From Candidatus Ozemobacteraceae bacterium (lineage in GTDB: Bacteria; Muiribacteriota; Ozemobacteria; Ozemobacterales; Ozemobacteraceae), in assembly GCA_965140445.1 (NCBI GenBank), contig OZ223236.1, positions 576,001 through 640,000 of the forward strand: 64,000 nt of DNA. The letters are read 5' to 3'. Below are positions 1-10,402 of this stretch, in pieces; position 1 is the stretch's first letter; each line of letters begins with the position of its first letter. The notes under the pieces were generated by a model. That model was not told the DNA's origin. It made no database searches and saw nothing but the letters and a program-made list of their open reading frames with translations. The translations under genes and the position numbers were made by a program.

Positions 1-1083
1 TTGGGAACAAGAAAAAGCGAAGATTTTATTTTAAATATTGCGCCCGAAAATTCTTATTCAAAAACGTTTTTAAAACCACTTCTGAATAAGGCGGTAAGAA
101 CTCAAAGTTCAGGAAGTATCTCAAGTAGATTTGGAGATAAAAGAACCCTGCATTCATGGAAGTTTATAAAAGAAGATGCAATTGTAATTGCTGGAATAGT
201 TGAGGCGGTTCAAGATCAGGTTTTGAGATTTTGTATTCAGGCATTGCCATTTGTGTTTGCAGTTATTTCTCTTCTGAGTTTGGTTCTTATTGGTGAAGCT
301 ATATATATTTTGCTTGTAAAGCCTGTGAGTGTTTTTATCACTGGTGTTAAACAAATTGGACTTGGGGATTTTCAAACTACAATAGAAATTGAAAAGTCGG
401 ATGAATTTTCTGATTTGGCAAAGTCTTTCAATGAAATGTCTTCTGGGCTGCTACAAAAGGAAAAAATGAAGCGCTTTGTATCTGACAAATTGTTGGAGAG
501 AGTCGAAAAAGGGCACCAGGACACAATTTCCAAGGAAACGGCAGAAGAATATGATTTATCTGTTCTTTCTTCTGATATTAGAGATTTTACCAGTATTACA
601 GAAAAAAATGATGCTCAAGAGATTGTAAGTCTTTTAAACGATTATTTTACTGAAATGGAACAAGCAATAATAATAAATGGAGGCATAATTGACCGATTTA
701 TTGGAGATGCGGTTTCGGCAGTATTCTATGCAGACGACGAGTCAGAACACCATGCCTTTAGAGCTGTGAAAGCAGCAATAGAAATGCGGGAACGCATAAA
801 AATGATAAATCTCGCCAGATCAAAAGCAGGAAAATTTGAAATTGAGAATGGAATAGGTATTTCAACTGGACGGGCAATTATTGGTGTTGCTGGCTCCGAG
901 AGAGGTCGAAAAGTTTTTACTGTATTGGGCGAGATAACTAAAAAAGCAGATATTCTTGAATCTAAAACCAAGCTATCAAATAGCAAAGTTGTCATTTGTG
1001 AAAAAACGATGAATTTTGTTGAAGGCAATTTTGAGTTTAAAAGGCTCGCCGAAGACGATGAAAGTTTCGAGTTAATTTTTTAA
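1..1083 (+). CDS. HAMP + class III adenylate/guanylate cyclase domain protein (5' truncated by window); keeps the metal-binding Asp residues only
   Basis: TM helix, HAMP (DEFSDLAKSFNEM), SSDIRDFT, IDRFIGDAV, GIGISTG; GEITKKADILES in place of GDTVNxAxR. Confidence 0.9.
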   Translation: MGTRKSEDFILNIAPENSYSKTFLKPLLNKAVRTQSSGSISSRFGDKRTLHSWKFIKEDAIVIAGIVEAVQDQVLRFCIQALPFVFAVISLLSLVLIGEAIYILLVKPVSVFITGVKQIGLGDFQTTIEIEKSDEFSDLAKSFNEMSSGLLQKEKMKRFVSDKLLERVEKGHQDTISKETAEEYDLSVLSSDIRDFTSITEKNDAQEIVSLLNDYFTEMEQAIIINGGIIDRFIGDAVSAVFYADDESEHHAFRAVKAAIEMRERIKMINLARSKAGKFEIENGIGISTGRAIIGVAGSERGRKVFTVLGEITKKADILESKTKLSNSKVVICEKTMNFVEGNFEFKRLAEDDESFELIF

Positions 1084-4046
1084 TGGAAAACAAAATTTTG
1101 TCAGTCAAAAGGGTACTTAGCGGTAAGTTTCTGTTTTTTATGTGGGTATTTACCCTTGTAATTCCTGTGGTAATGGCAAATTTCTCTATAACCTGGTTGT
1201 TTAGAACTACAGAGGACTCAAATGCCTCTTTTGCTCGATCAAAGTTAATTCTAGAATGCGAAATGTTCCGAGAAGAAGTGCGGGTAGAAAATTACCTTGA
1301 AAGAAAACTGAAAGAATTTTTTGCCAAATATGATTCCCAGCTGGCTGACGCAAGCCCTGAAAAGATTAGAAACATACTTAAAAGTGAAATTGGTGGGGAG
1401 ATTGCTGGGGTAATTGTTCACGGAAAAGATACAAACGATTTTGAAATTAGCCTAAGTTCATTTTGTAGACAAAGGCTTGCGGCATTTCCAAAGGTTTTTA
1501 CACGCAGATTTCTTCAAGTATTAAGCTCGCAGAACAATTGTGAGTTTTTTGATTCTAATTTGAAGCGAAAGATGGATTTGTTAAACAAAACTGGAAAATG
1601 GGAAAAAATCGAATCAGATGCTATTTCTTATGTTAGAAGACAATTTGGATTAATTGCGGAGATTCCTATTTTCCCTGAAAAAGTTGCATGGTCTGTCTCA
1701 GCAAGATTAAACAGCAGTGTTTATTTTTTTTACAAGCCCATATATGAAGAAAAAAAGGGGAGAAAGTTTGTTTCAAGAGGTTATTTTTTCTTTATCAGAG
1801 GGACTTCTATATCTGGCCTAAAGCTGTTAAAAGACAGTCTCAAACCAATGAATAGCCAATTGATCAGATCTATTACGCATTTGAATCATGAAATTAACGA
1901 TATAGAAGGATATAAAATCGAAAAAATTTCATCTTTTTCCAGAGATCTGAACGGTAGCCATTTAACTTTTACTCTTCCCCAATCATTATTAACTCATCTG
2001 GCTCAGTCTGGAAGTTTTTTTCCTGGAAAGATTTTTAAACTTTGCAGAAAAATGCCATTGTTGAGAGTTTCTTTACCAGCATCAGCGCTAAAACATCCTC
2101 TTGAACAATATTATTCAGGGATTAAATTTCTAAGCAGCATTTTAGCAATATTGGGAACAATTTTATTTATCAGGGTTGCACTTTTTGGGTTAGAAATTCC
2201 CTTGAGTATAAGAACAAAAGTAATTTCAGCACTGATTTTTATTGTTTGTCTTCCCGTATGCATGCTTATTGTCAGCTATTCTACATATTTAGAATTTAAT
2301 ATGAGATTTAATCAAGCTGAACTGGAAGATCATATGAAGCAGAGACTTGAGTCTATGAACAAAGCTTTTACGGGGTTTTCTGGAGAACAGCAAAATACCT
2401 GTCTAAAAATTAAGGAAAGTATCGAAAAAATTCTAAAAACTAATCCGGATCAAAAAGTGTTAAAGACTCATCTGGAAAAAGTTATTAATTCCGGGATTGC
2501 TCAGGATGCTTTCATTTTTGATACCAGTAATAGAGTGATACATGTCTCAAACAATTCTGCGCGCTTGATTGGAAAAATTGACCCGGATGAAGACTCACAC
2601 ATTAAGCTTCTTACTAAAGCTCTAATTAATATTGTGGAGTCTGATGGAAAGATAAACAATGGCAATAGAGCCGAAGTTCTGGCTTTAGCTAATGAAAGTT
2701 TTTATATTGATGCTCGTTTTGGAAACATAATTCTAAACAGCTGCGGGCGAATTATGAAACTTGGAAATTTTTCCAATGGAACCAAGTATTCCACTTTGAA
2801 AATAATTCATCCACTTACGGGAAGATTTTATGGTCTCCTGGTGATTCGTTTCACAGAGCAAATGATTGTAAACGCTTTTATTGAAAGTTGGAAAAAAGAA
2901 CCAAATCGGCTTTCAGCAGGCAATTTTGAGCAAAATCTAAAAGACTATTTCTTTGTTTTTACTCGAGAAGATGAAAATCTAAAATTTGATGAGCATTTAT
3001 ACACTGAAATTGCCGATTTCAATAGATACCGGCCTATGTTGGAATTGGCAAACAAAATCAGTTCTTCAATTTTCTGGACCGATAAGTTCAATGATATTTT
3101 AGAGACTGCTTATATTAGATATTTTGCGGAAGAGCCTTTTCTTGTTCTTACTCTGGCAAACAAATCGATAGCAAAGCACCCTTTGTTATACGCGATTATT
3201 GCCATTCTTGTTTATCTTTTGGGACTATTTATTTTCATATTTTATCTCTTTGGGCAGATATATTTAATGCCAATTAATGAATTTACAAAGGTTTCCAGGG
3301 CAATTGGTGAAGGGCAAAGAGATTGTTTCCCTCAAATAGACGCTGAAGATGAATTTGGAGAGTTGGCGAGGTCGTTTGAAAAAATGATTATTGGGCTTGA
3401 GCAAAAGGAAAAATTATCCCAGTTTGTTTCAGGGGATGTTCTTAAAGCTTTGGAGACTAATGATGATGCAGGCCTTCGTCCAGGGGGAGAAAAAATAGAA
3501 GCGACAGTTTTATTTGCCGGAGTGCCAATTTTGGTGAATTCCTCGGAAAATAGTTCTATCGCGGAAAAGATGCGATTGTTAAACCTTTCCATTTCAATTG
3601 CTGAAGAAGTCGCTATAGAATGTGGAGGAATACTGGACAAAGTAATAGAAAATACTTTTATGATAGTATTTAGAGCTTCTATTGATGAAACTAACCACGC
3701 TATTTTGGGGGCAGAAGCAGCCTTATTGCTTAGAAAAAGATTTTTAAGTGCGGGTCTTAGTATTGAATCTGGACTTGCAACTGGAATAGTCGTATCAGGA
3801 AGAATCGGTTCAAAAGCTGGCAAACTTGATTTTACAGTAATCGGTGATACAGTAAATCTGGCTTCTCGTTTAAAATCATTGGCCGGCAAGGCTACTGAAA
3901 CCTCAATAATTGTTGCTCCTTCATCTATAAGGAAATTAAGAGGGCGAGGACGCGTCCGGTTTATTGAAAGAATACCAATTAAAGGGAAAAGCAGAGAATA
4001 CCCTTTATATGAACTATTAGATATAAGACAGGTGAACAATGCTTAA
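1083..4046 (+). CDS. Multi-TM HAMP + class III adenylate cyclase domain protein; keeps K/T/N/R but lacks the metal Asp residues
   Basis: Four TM segments, HAMP (DEFGELARSFEKM), LDKVIEN, DFTVIGDTVNLASRL; TAATG stop/start overlap with the upstream gene. Confidence 0.9.
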   Translation: MENKILSVKRVLSGKFLFFMWVFTLVIPVVMANFSITWLFRTTEDSNASFARSKLILECEMFREEVRVENYLERKLKEFFAKYDSQLADASPEKIRNILKSEIGGEIAGVIVHGKDTNDFEISLSSFCRQRLAAFPKVFTRRFLQVLSSQNNCEFFDSNLKRKMDLLNKTGKWEKIESDAISYVRRQFGLIAEIPIFPEKVAWSVSARLNSSVYFFYKPIYEEKKGRKFVSRGYFFFIRGTSISGLKLLKDSLKPMNSQLIRSITHLNHEINDIEGYKIEKISSFSRDLNGSHLTFTLPQSLLTHLAQSGSFFPGKIFKLCRKMPLLRVSLPASALKHPLEQYYSGIKFLSSILAILGTILFIRVALFGLEIPLSIRTKVISALIFIVCLPVCMLIVSYSTYLEFNMRFNQAELEDHMKQRLESMNKAFTGFSGEQQNTCLKIKESIEKILKTNPDQKVLKTHLEKVINSGIAQDAFIFDTSNRVIHVSNNSARLIGKIDPDEDSHIKLLTKALINIVESDGKINNGNRAEVLALANESFYIDARFGNIILNSCGRIMKLGNFSNGTKYSTLKIIHPLTGRFYGLLVIRFTEQMIVNAFIESWKKEPNRLSAGNFEQNLKDYFFVFTREDENLKFDEHLYTEIADFNRYRPMLELANKISSSIFWTDKFNDILETAYIRYFAEEPFLVLTLANKSIAKHPLLYAIIAILVYLLGLFIFIFYLFGQIYLMPINEFTKVSRAIGEGQRDCFPQIDAEDEFGELARSFEKMIIGLEQKEKLSQFVSGDVLKALETNDDAGLRPGGEKIEATVLFAGVPILVNSSENSSIAEKMRLLNLSISIAEEVAIECGGILDKVIENTFMIVFRASIDETNHAILGAEAALLLRKRFLSAGLSIESGLATGIVVSGRIGSKAGKLDFTVIGDTVNLASRLKSLAGKATETSIIVAPSSIRKLRGRGRVRFIERIPIKGKSREYPLYELLDIRQVNNA

Positions 4047-4515
4047 GAAAATTTTCGAAGAAGAAATCATTGAAAAACTGTCACCAGGACAAATTTCAGA
4101 CTCTGGTGCCCAAACGATAAATGTTTACAAGATTATTTTAGATTCCAAAAGCGACTATGATATTGTTTGTGAGTTTGGAAGCGAATCTGCGAAGATAAAA
4201 GCTTTGCTTAAAGATGAGGATCGGGAACAGGACTTTTGGGAAATGTCGTTTTCGATTGCTGATTATAGGAACCCGGAGTATTTTCACGAGCATTTTATTG
4301 GCGTAGCTAAAAAGTTAGTTTTTACAAATAGTAGAATAATTTTGAGTAAAGGCTTTATTTTTGTGCAGTTTCAAGCATATTCAATTCTTTCTGAAAACAA
4401 GGTGGAAAAAATCTTTTCATTTTACAAGCCAAGATGGAAATGTAAACTCCCGTTTTTAAGCGCTAAGAGCGCATCATATGACGGGATTGCTTTTAAAATT
4501 GGTGAAACTAATTAA
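4039..4515 (+). CDS. hypothetical protein
   Basis: 158-aa ORF overlapping the cyclase stop, suggesting the same operon. Confidence 0.6.
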   Translation: MLKKIFEEEIIEKLSPGQISDSGAQTINVYKIILDSKSDYDIVCEFGSESAKIKALLKDEDREQDFWEMSFSIADYRNPEYFHEHFIGVAKKLVFTNSRIILSKGFIFVQFQAYSILSENKVEKIFSFYKPRWKCKLPFLSAKSASYDGIAFKIGETN

Positions 4516-4934
4516 TCTTTGTCTTGAAGACCTTTTAATACCGTTCCAACAGGAACTTTTTGCAGTATGCTTACCTTCTGTCTTTTAAAGAAGAATATGA
4601 ATGATTTTTTTTCTTTTTGCTGCCAAAAGCACTCCCAACGATCGTTTCCCAACTCATTAAGCTCTTTTTCCATTTTTACTAAATCCAAAGATGAAATGCT
4701 GATAATTTTGTATTCCCAATCGCCTATTTTCTCAAAATCCTGCTTTATCCAGATTTTGGCTTCTTCGCCTGCTTCAAGCCCTTTTTCAGAAACTTTTTGA
4801 TAATATTCTTTGGCTTTATCCCAATAGGATTTTTCAGTCTTTTTTTCTGTTTTTTCTGCTTTGATCTCTTCTGCTGCAAGTGAAAGTGAGAAAACTCCAG
4901 AAAATACAGCAATCAGAATTAAAATTTTTTTCAT
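4512..4934 (-). CDS. secreted protein with DUF4177-like motif
   Basis: Signal peptide MKKILILIAVF...SLAAE; WEYKII...LNELGNDRWE motif; start moved to the ATG at 4934, which follows GGGAG. Confidence 0.7.
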   Translation of the reverse strand: MKKILILIAVFSGVFSLSLAAEEIKAEKTEKKTEKSYWDKAKEYYQKVSEKGLEAGEEAKIWIKQDFEKIGDWEYKIISISSLDLVKMEKELNELGNDRWECFWQQKEKKSFIFFFKRQKVSILQKVPVGTVLKGLQDKD

Positions 4935-4953
4935 TTGTTCTCTCCCATTTAAG

Positions 4954-5586
4954 CTATTTATTTTCTTTTTCCTGAAAGAATTCATTGAAAATTTTAAGAT
5001 ACAGTTTTTTACATGGTGGAATAAAGTTTATTCGTGTTTTCTCTCGTTCCGGGAAATAGCATGCCTTGAGGAGAGATTTAACAAGGTCCGGGAAGTTTTC
5101 AAAGATTCCTTTAGCCTTCTCATGATAGAAAAGCTGCCACAAATGTCTGATGCGAGAATCATCATCTTTAAAGCCCATCGATTCAACTATCATTGGAAAA
5201 AGGGGGTGGAGATCTTCAGCTTTTTCCAGACGAAACCATGCTGATATAATTTCGTAAAGAGGAGAAATAGGTGATAAAGCAGGCTGTTTACCGCTTCTAA
5301 TTCTTTCTCCAAGAGCTGTTTCAATATCTATAACTTTTTCTGCTGTTAAAAATATTTCTGATGCAATGCTCAGGTAGAATTGATGAAATTCTAGCTCTGT
5401 TTTGCTCTGTATTTGCTTTACTCTAATATTTCCATCTTTTGGAAATGAAAAAAGCGCTGTTGCAATCTTGTTTTTAGCTAAAATTTTCTTGTTTGAATTA
5501 TGCTCAGAGATTTTTGGTTTAGTGTCTACTGAAGAGAAATCCAACTGGATTTCACGTGCTATTTTCTTTTTTAGAACTCTGGCCAT
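4954..5586 (-). CDS. hypothetical protein
   Basis: 210-aa ORF co-oriented with its neighbours. Confidence 0.55.
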   Translation of the reverse strand: MARVLKKKIAREIQLDFSSVDTKPKISEHNSNKKILAKNKIATALFSFPKDGNIRVKQIQSKTELEFHQFYLSIASEIFLTAEKVIDIETALGERIRSGKQPALSPISPLYEIISAWFRLEKAEDLHPLFPMIVESMGFKDDDSRIRHLWQLFYHEKAKGIFENFPDLVKSLLKACYFPEREKTRINFIPPCKKLYLKIFNEFFQEKENK

Positions 5587-5654
5587 TTGATGATATTAGC
5601 GCCTTATGGTTTTTTACTTTTATTACATTACAACATTATTTTTTAAGGCTGTAA

Positions 5655-8600
5655 CTATTTTCTGGAAATAAGATTTTCATAAATAGACTTTAATTCTGAT
5701 ACAAGTTTTTCAAGTTCCAGATCGATATTGTTTTTTATCTGAGTGCAGCTTTTTATATTTTCATTACGGGCATATTCTTCAAGTTTTAGGGCAGTATTTG
5801 CAAGCTTTTCTCCACCTATGTTTGAAACGGAACCCTTCATGGTATGAGCTGCTGCATAGATTTGCTTAAAGTCCTTACTTTGAATTCCTTCTTCCACTAA
5901 TGACATTTGATTTTTGACGTTTTGGTAAACAGCATCAACAATCTTTTTTAGTTTTTCTGGTTTTTTTCCAAAAAGTCTTTCTATTCGTTCTAAATTAACG
6001 ATTGGAAAATCATCTGTCTGTGTATCAGGTTTTGATATTTCCTGTTTTTCGGAATCTTGTTTTTCTACAATGTTTATACCTGAAATTTTATAGAGAACAT
6101 CTCTAACGGCTTCTGGAGAAACTGGTTTTGACAAGTAAAAATTCATTCCCTCAGCCAGACATTTTTCCCTATCACCTGCCATAGCATGGGCTGTCATGGC
6201 AACGATCGGGATTTGATTTAAAGGTGGCATTAACTCTCTTATTTTTCTGGTAACTTCAAAACCATCCATTATTGGCATCTGGCAATCAAGAAAAACCACA
6301 TCATATCCACCTTTGTTAAGCTCCTTTAAAGCTTCTATTCCTGAGTCGACAATAAATGGTTTACATCCAAGCATTTCAAGGATTCCCCTCGCTACTTCCT
6401 GGTTTATTTCATTATCTTCTACAACCATGATTTTTAGATTAAATGTGTCTTTTTTTACTTGGTGAGATTGAGTAGAATCAGTTTTGTCTGGTTTTCCAAT
6501 TGCTTTCAATAAAGAATCGAATAATTTAGATGATGTTACAGGTTTGTTAATTATAAAAGTTGAAGTGGACCTACTTGCTAAAACAGATGCTTTTTCCATC
6601 TGTTTATGAGCTACAATAAAAATGCTTTTCAAACTGTGTGTATTTTGAATTTCCAGAAGTTTTCTGTTCTTTTCAGGGTCGTCGATAAAGTTTGAAATTA
6701 AAATGATTGCCCCATCTTCTTTTGCTCCACCATTGTTAAGAGCTGAATATATGATGTTTTCATAGTTTTCAATGGCGGTTGATATGAAAGATATTTTCCA
6801 GGTATTAAGAATCTCTCCTATAAGACTTATTACTGGATCATTTTCTCCTATTAATATTACTCGTATTTCTTTTGGTAACTCTTCCACTCTACTTTCTTCT
6901 TCAGTACAGGTTTTTAGCTGTAGATTAAACCACATTCTTGTTCCAAGCCCTAATGTGCTTTCAAGGTGGAGCTCACTATCCATAAGGCGCAAAATCTCGC
7001 GGCAAATTGTGAGACCGAGCCCGGTTCCGCCAAATTTTCTTGTGGTTGAGGCGTCGGCCTGGGTGAACTTTTCAAAAACAAGAAGTTGTTGATCCCTGGT
7101 CATACCAATTCCAGTATCTTTTACAGAAATGGTAATTCCCATCAAACCTTCTGAATCGCTGTTTTGATGATTAATTTCAATACTTACAAATCCTTCTTCG
7201 GTGAATTTTATAGAGTTATTAATTAGGTTTGTCAGGACTTGTCTGAGTCTTACACCATCAGCAAATACTTTTTCCGGAAATTTTGGCGGGAATTTCAAAA
7301 TTAGCTCTACGTCTTTTTTTTCTGCCGCTGGTTGCATTATGGCAATTAATTCTTCGCAAAGCGATTTGAAATCAAGGGGATATGGATCAAGCTCGAGCTT
7401 TCCTGCTTCTATTTTTGAAAGATCCAGAACTGCATTTAAAATATTGAGTAATGAATTGGATGATTGGTATATCAGGTTTGCATACTCTCTTTGCTTTGCT
7501 TCCAGGTTTGTAGATAGAAGTAGTTCTGACATTCCAATTACACCATTCATAGGGGTTCTAATTTCATGCGACATATTTGCAAGAAATTCACTTTTAGCCT
7601 TGCTTGCTTCTTGTGCTTTTTGAGCTAGCTCTTCAGCACTTTTTCGAGCTTCAAGAAGATTTTTTTCGAGTGCCTTGGTTTCTGAAATGTCAATTATGAT
7701 TCCAAAATATCTTCGATTTAAAAGCTCTAGGTCATCCACGTGCGTGCCTATGTTAGCAAACCAGCAATAATCACCATTTTTTTTAAGAATTCGGCATTCA
7801 AAGCGTAGTTCACCGGCTGAAATTAAAAATCTTCGAATTGCGCGTTTGATTCCCGTGAGGTCATCTGGATGGATGGCTGAGTAAAGTGAATCTATAGTTG
7901 GGGAAAATTCAGTTGAATTATAGCCAAGCAACTGGTTTATCTGGGTGGACCAATAAAACTTTCTTTCTTCTGGCACAAACTCCCAGCTAGCTGCACGGGC
8001 AGCTGTCAAAGCGTGAGCATTTCTTCTTTCTTCTATTTTTGCTGCGAGTTCTTTTTCATGTTCCTCAGTTGTGTTACGGAAAAAGCCAATTAACTTAAGT
8101 GGTGAGTTTTGCGCGTCTAAATAAGTTCTACCAATAAATGAGTGCCACAAATACTTTCCAGTATTGCTTGTTAGTCTGGTTTCAGAAAATTTAGTAATCC
8201 CCAGATTTTCATGGTCCAAAAGATGTCTATCTTCTGGATGAAGGATTTCAAAGCTTGCCTTCTTAGCGTTTTCTATATGTTCGGAATCATAAAAACCTAG
8301 ATTTAAATATAAATCGTCAGGAGAAAGGTTTTCTTCTTTAACATAGTCATATTCCCATATAAAAAGCCCTGCTGCTTCTAAAGCCAACTTTAAGCGTTCT
8401 CTATATTCGACTAGTCTTTGATAATCCTCATTTCTTTCTATTATGGAACCGAACATTTCAGAAGCCAGCTCAAACATTGCTATTTCATATTCAAACCATG
8501 GAGGTCTTTCTTCAAAATTATGAATTTCAAGGCAGCCCCAGAATTTTCTTTTCACAAAAACAGGAATTATAAGAATTGATCCTATATTGTTTTCTTGGAG

Positions 8601-10358
8601 TTCCACTAGCAGATCTGGTGGAATTTGATCTGGATTTTCTCCGATATTTTCTCCTTTCAGAAGCTGTTTTGAACCAAACTCCAGAATTTTTTGAAAAAGC
8701 CCGCCAGTTCGCATTGCGCAATGCCCTGTTTCCTTGGTTTGGCAGGCAAAGCATCTAAAATTTGATGGAATAATTGCATTATCTTTAACGTCGGCAACAA
8801 TTATTCCTATTCGGTCTGCGCAAACGGCTTTTCCTAAAGCCTTAATTGCAATCGGGATTGTCTCTTCTATGGGTTTTTCTGAGCCAACAATGTAGTGAAT
8901 TGCCTCAGCAACACCAGTTATAAGCTTTTCTCTTTGCTGAAGAATTATTTTACTGGTATGTCTTTCAGAGACATTTCTGACCACTCCTAAAATCTGTAGA
9001 GTTTCGTCATCTTGAGCACTTCGATAAGCAACTTTTACAACTTCTCCAACTATTGAAGAATCGTTAAAAAACTTAATTACCTGTTCATATTTTACTGACT
9101 GTCCCTGCTGAATTACGTTTAAGTCTGCTTTTGTAAAAGGGCTGTTTGAGCCAAAAATTTCGAAATCGGACAAGCCCGAGATTTTTTCCTGATCCAATGA
9201 AAATGCTTCGGAAAAAGCCTTATTGCACAATAAATATTTACCCTGATTGTCTTTTACAAAAATCATATCCGGGATTGAATCAATCAGATGTCTGAGAAAG
9301 TTTTGTTGCCCTTCAAATTTTATGGTTACTGATCTTAGCTCTTTGTTCAAAGCTAAAAGATAGAAACTGAAAACCCCTACACCAAAAAGGGTTAGCAATA
9401 AAGCAAAAATCCATCGGCGAAATTTTTTAGTGAGTGCAGAAAAAAGGGATTCACTCTCCGCATATGGGCCTACTCCAAGAGTTTTTAGCAACTGGTATAT
9501 TTCTGAGTAATTTGCTGGGATACCCCATGTAAAAAGTTTCTCTGGTCTATCATTTCCCATTTTTAATAAAGATAGATTTACGCGTTCAGCTAATGATGGG
9601 GATACCTTGGATGTTCTAAGGAAAGCCCACTCTGGATATAATCTTGTCGAGCATAGAAAAGGTAATTTATTGAAGGGTGATATCATTTCATTACTGATAA
9701 CTAGTTGATCAGAAGTAATTTCACCAGCTCCAATAAGTTTTTCAATTGCGCCGGTTCGGCAAATTCCAAAATCTGATTTACCGCTTAAAACATGATTTAT
9801 GATTTCTTTGCTCGTGGAGAATCGGGAAATTGATTTGTAAATCTTATTTAGATCTATTCCTCTTTCTTTTAATTCTCTGGAAGCAGCTAACCAGCCACCT
9901 ACTGATAAAGCGTCTCCGGCAGCGAGGTTTTTGTCTTTGATGTCCCAAAGGTTTGTAATATTTTTGTTGCTTCGGCTCCAGAAAATAACCGAACCAAATA
10001 AGCTTTCAAAACCCTCTTCATTGACTTTTTCTTTCCTCAAGGTTGAGAGGATTGTAATTTCACCTTCAAGATCCATTTCCACGCTAAATACTGGGTTTGC
10101 AATTACAAAATCAACTTTCCCAAGTCGTATTGCTTTTTGAAGTTCATGCCATTTGAATGGTTTTATTTGAAACTCGTTATCGTCAAATGATTCATTTAAA
10201 TAATCAAGGGTGGGAGTCCAATTATCTTTCCAATCGTAAGTCGTATTGCTCTCCAGTAGACCTATCACGATTAATTCTGGTTTTTCGTTTGAATAACATG
10301 GAAAGCAGTGAAAAACGGAAAACAACAGCAAAAACAAAATAAATCTTAGTTTTCCCAT
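5655..10358 (-). CDS. Hybrid sensor histidine kinase (PhnD-like periplasmic sensor, PAS, GAF, PAS, HisKA, HATPase, degenerate REC, REC, Hpt)
   Basis: FLANMSHEIRTPMNG H-box, NLINNSIKFT, DTGIG, GGTGLGL, VFLDCQMPIMDG receiver, AHTMKGS Hpt; LYPEWAF sensor motif. Confidence 0.95.
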   Translation of the reverse strand: MGKLRFILFLLLFSVFHCFPCYSNEKPELIVIGLLESNTTYDWKDNWTPTLDYLNESFDDNEFQIKPFKWHELQKAIRLGKVDFVIANPVFSVEMDLEGEITILSTLRKEKVNEEGFESLFGSVIFWSRSNKNITNLWDIKDKNLAAGDALSVGGWLAASRELKERGIDLNKIYKSISRFSTSKEIINHVLSGKSDFGICRTGAIEKLIGAGEITSDQLVISNEMISPFNKLPFLCSTRLYPEWAFLRTSKVSPSLAERVNLSLLKMGNDRPEKLFTWGIPANYSEIYQLLKTLGVGPYAESESLFSALTKKFRRWIFALLLTLFGVGVFSFYLLALNKELRSVTIKFEGQQNFLRHLIDSIPDMIFVKDNQGKYLLCNKAFSEAFSLDQEKISGLSDFEIFGSNSPFTKADLNVIQQGQSVKYEQVIKFFNDSSIVGEVVKVAYRSAQDDETLQILGVVRNVSERHTSKIILQQREKLITGVAEAIHYIVGSEKPIEETIPIAIKALGKAVCADRIGIIVADVKDNAIIPSNFRCFACQTKETGHCAMRTGGLFQKILEFGSKQLLKGENIGENPDQIPPDLLVELQENNIGSILIIPVFVKRKFWGCLEIHNFEERPPWFEYEIAMFELASEMFGSIIERNEDYQRLVEYRERLKLALEAAGLFIWEYDYVKEENLSPDDLYLNLGFYDSEHIENAKKASFEILHPEDRHLLDHENLGITKFSETRLTSNTGKYLWHSFIGRTYLDAQNSPLKLIGFFRNTTEEHEKELAAKIEERRNAHALTAARAASWEFVPEERKFYWSTQINQLLGYNSTEFSPTIDSLYSAIHPDDLTGIKRAIRRFLISAGELRFECRILKKNGDYCWFANIGTHVDDLELLNRRYFGIIIDISETKALEKNLLEARKSAEELAQKAQEASKAKSEFLANMSHEIRTPMNGVIGMSELLLSTNLEAKQREYANLIYQSSNSLLNILNAVLDLSKIEAGKLELDPYPLDFKSLCEELIAIMQPAAEKKDVELILKFPPKFPEKVFADGVRLRQVLTNLINNSIKFTEEGFVSIEINHQNSDSEGLMGITISVKDTGIGMTRDQQLLVFEKFTQADASTTRKFGGTGLGLTICREILRLMDSELHLESTLGLGTRMWFNLQLKTCTEEESRVEELPKEIRVILIGENDPVISLIGEILNTWKISFISTAIENYENIIYSALNNGGAKEDGAIILISNFIDDPEKNRKLLEIQNTHSLKSIFIVAHKQMEKASVLASRSTSTFIINKPVTSSKLFDSLLKAIGKPDKTDSTQSHQVKKDTFNLKIMVVEDNEINQEVARGILEMLGCKPFIVDSGIEALKELNKGGYDVVFLDCQMPIMDGFEVTRKIRELMPPLNQIPIVAMTAHAMAGDREKCLAEGMNFYLSKPVSPEAVRDVLYKISGINIVEKQDSEKQEISKPDTQTDDFPIVNLERIERLFGKKPEKLKKIVDAVYQNVKNQMSLVEEGIQSKDFKQIYAAAHTMKGSVSNIGGEKLANTALKLEEYARNENIKSCTQIKNNIDLELEKLVSELKSIYENLISRK

Positions 10359-10402
10359 TTTTTACTGCCAATCCTTCTCATTTTATTTTATTTCTATAGA
10401 AC

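Noticed and set aside
3332..4039. 235-aa antisense ORF, and similar antisense ORFs such as 29497-30015 and 53991-54539
   Set aside because: They mirror well-supported genes on the opposite strand and show no motifs or RBS.
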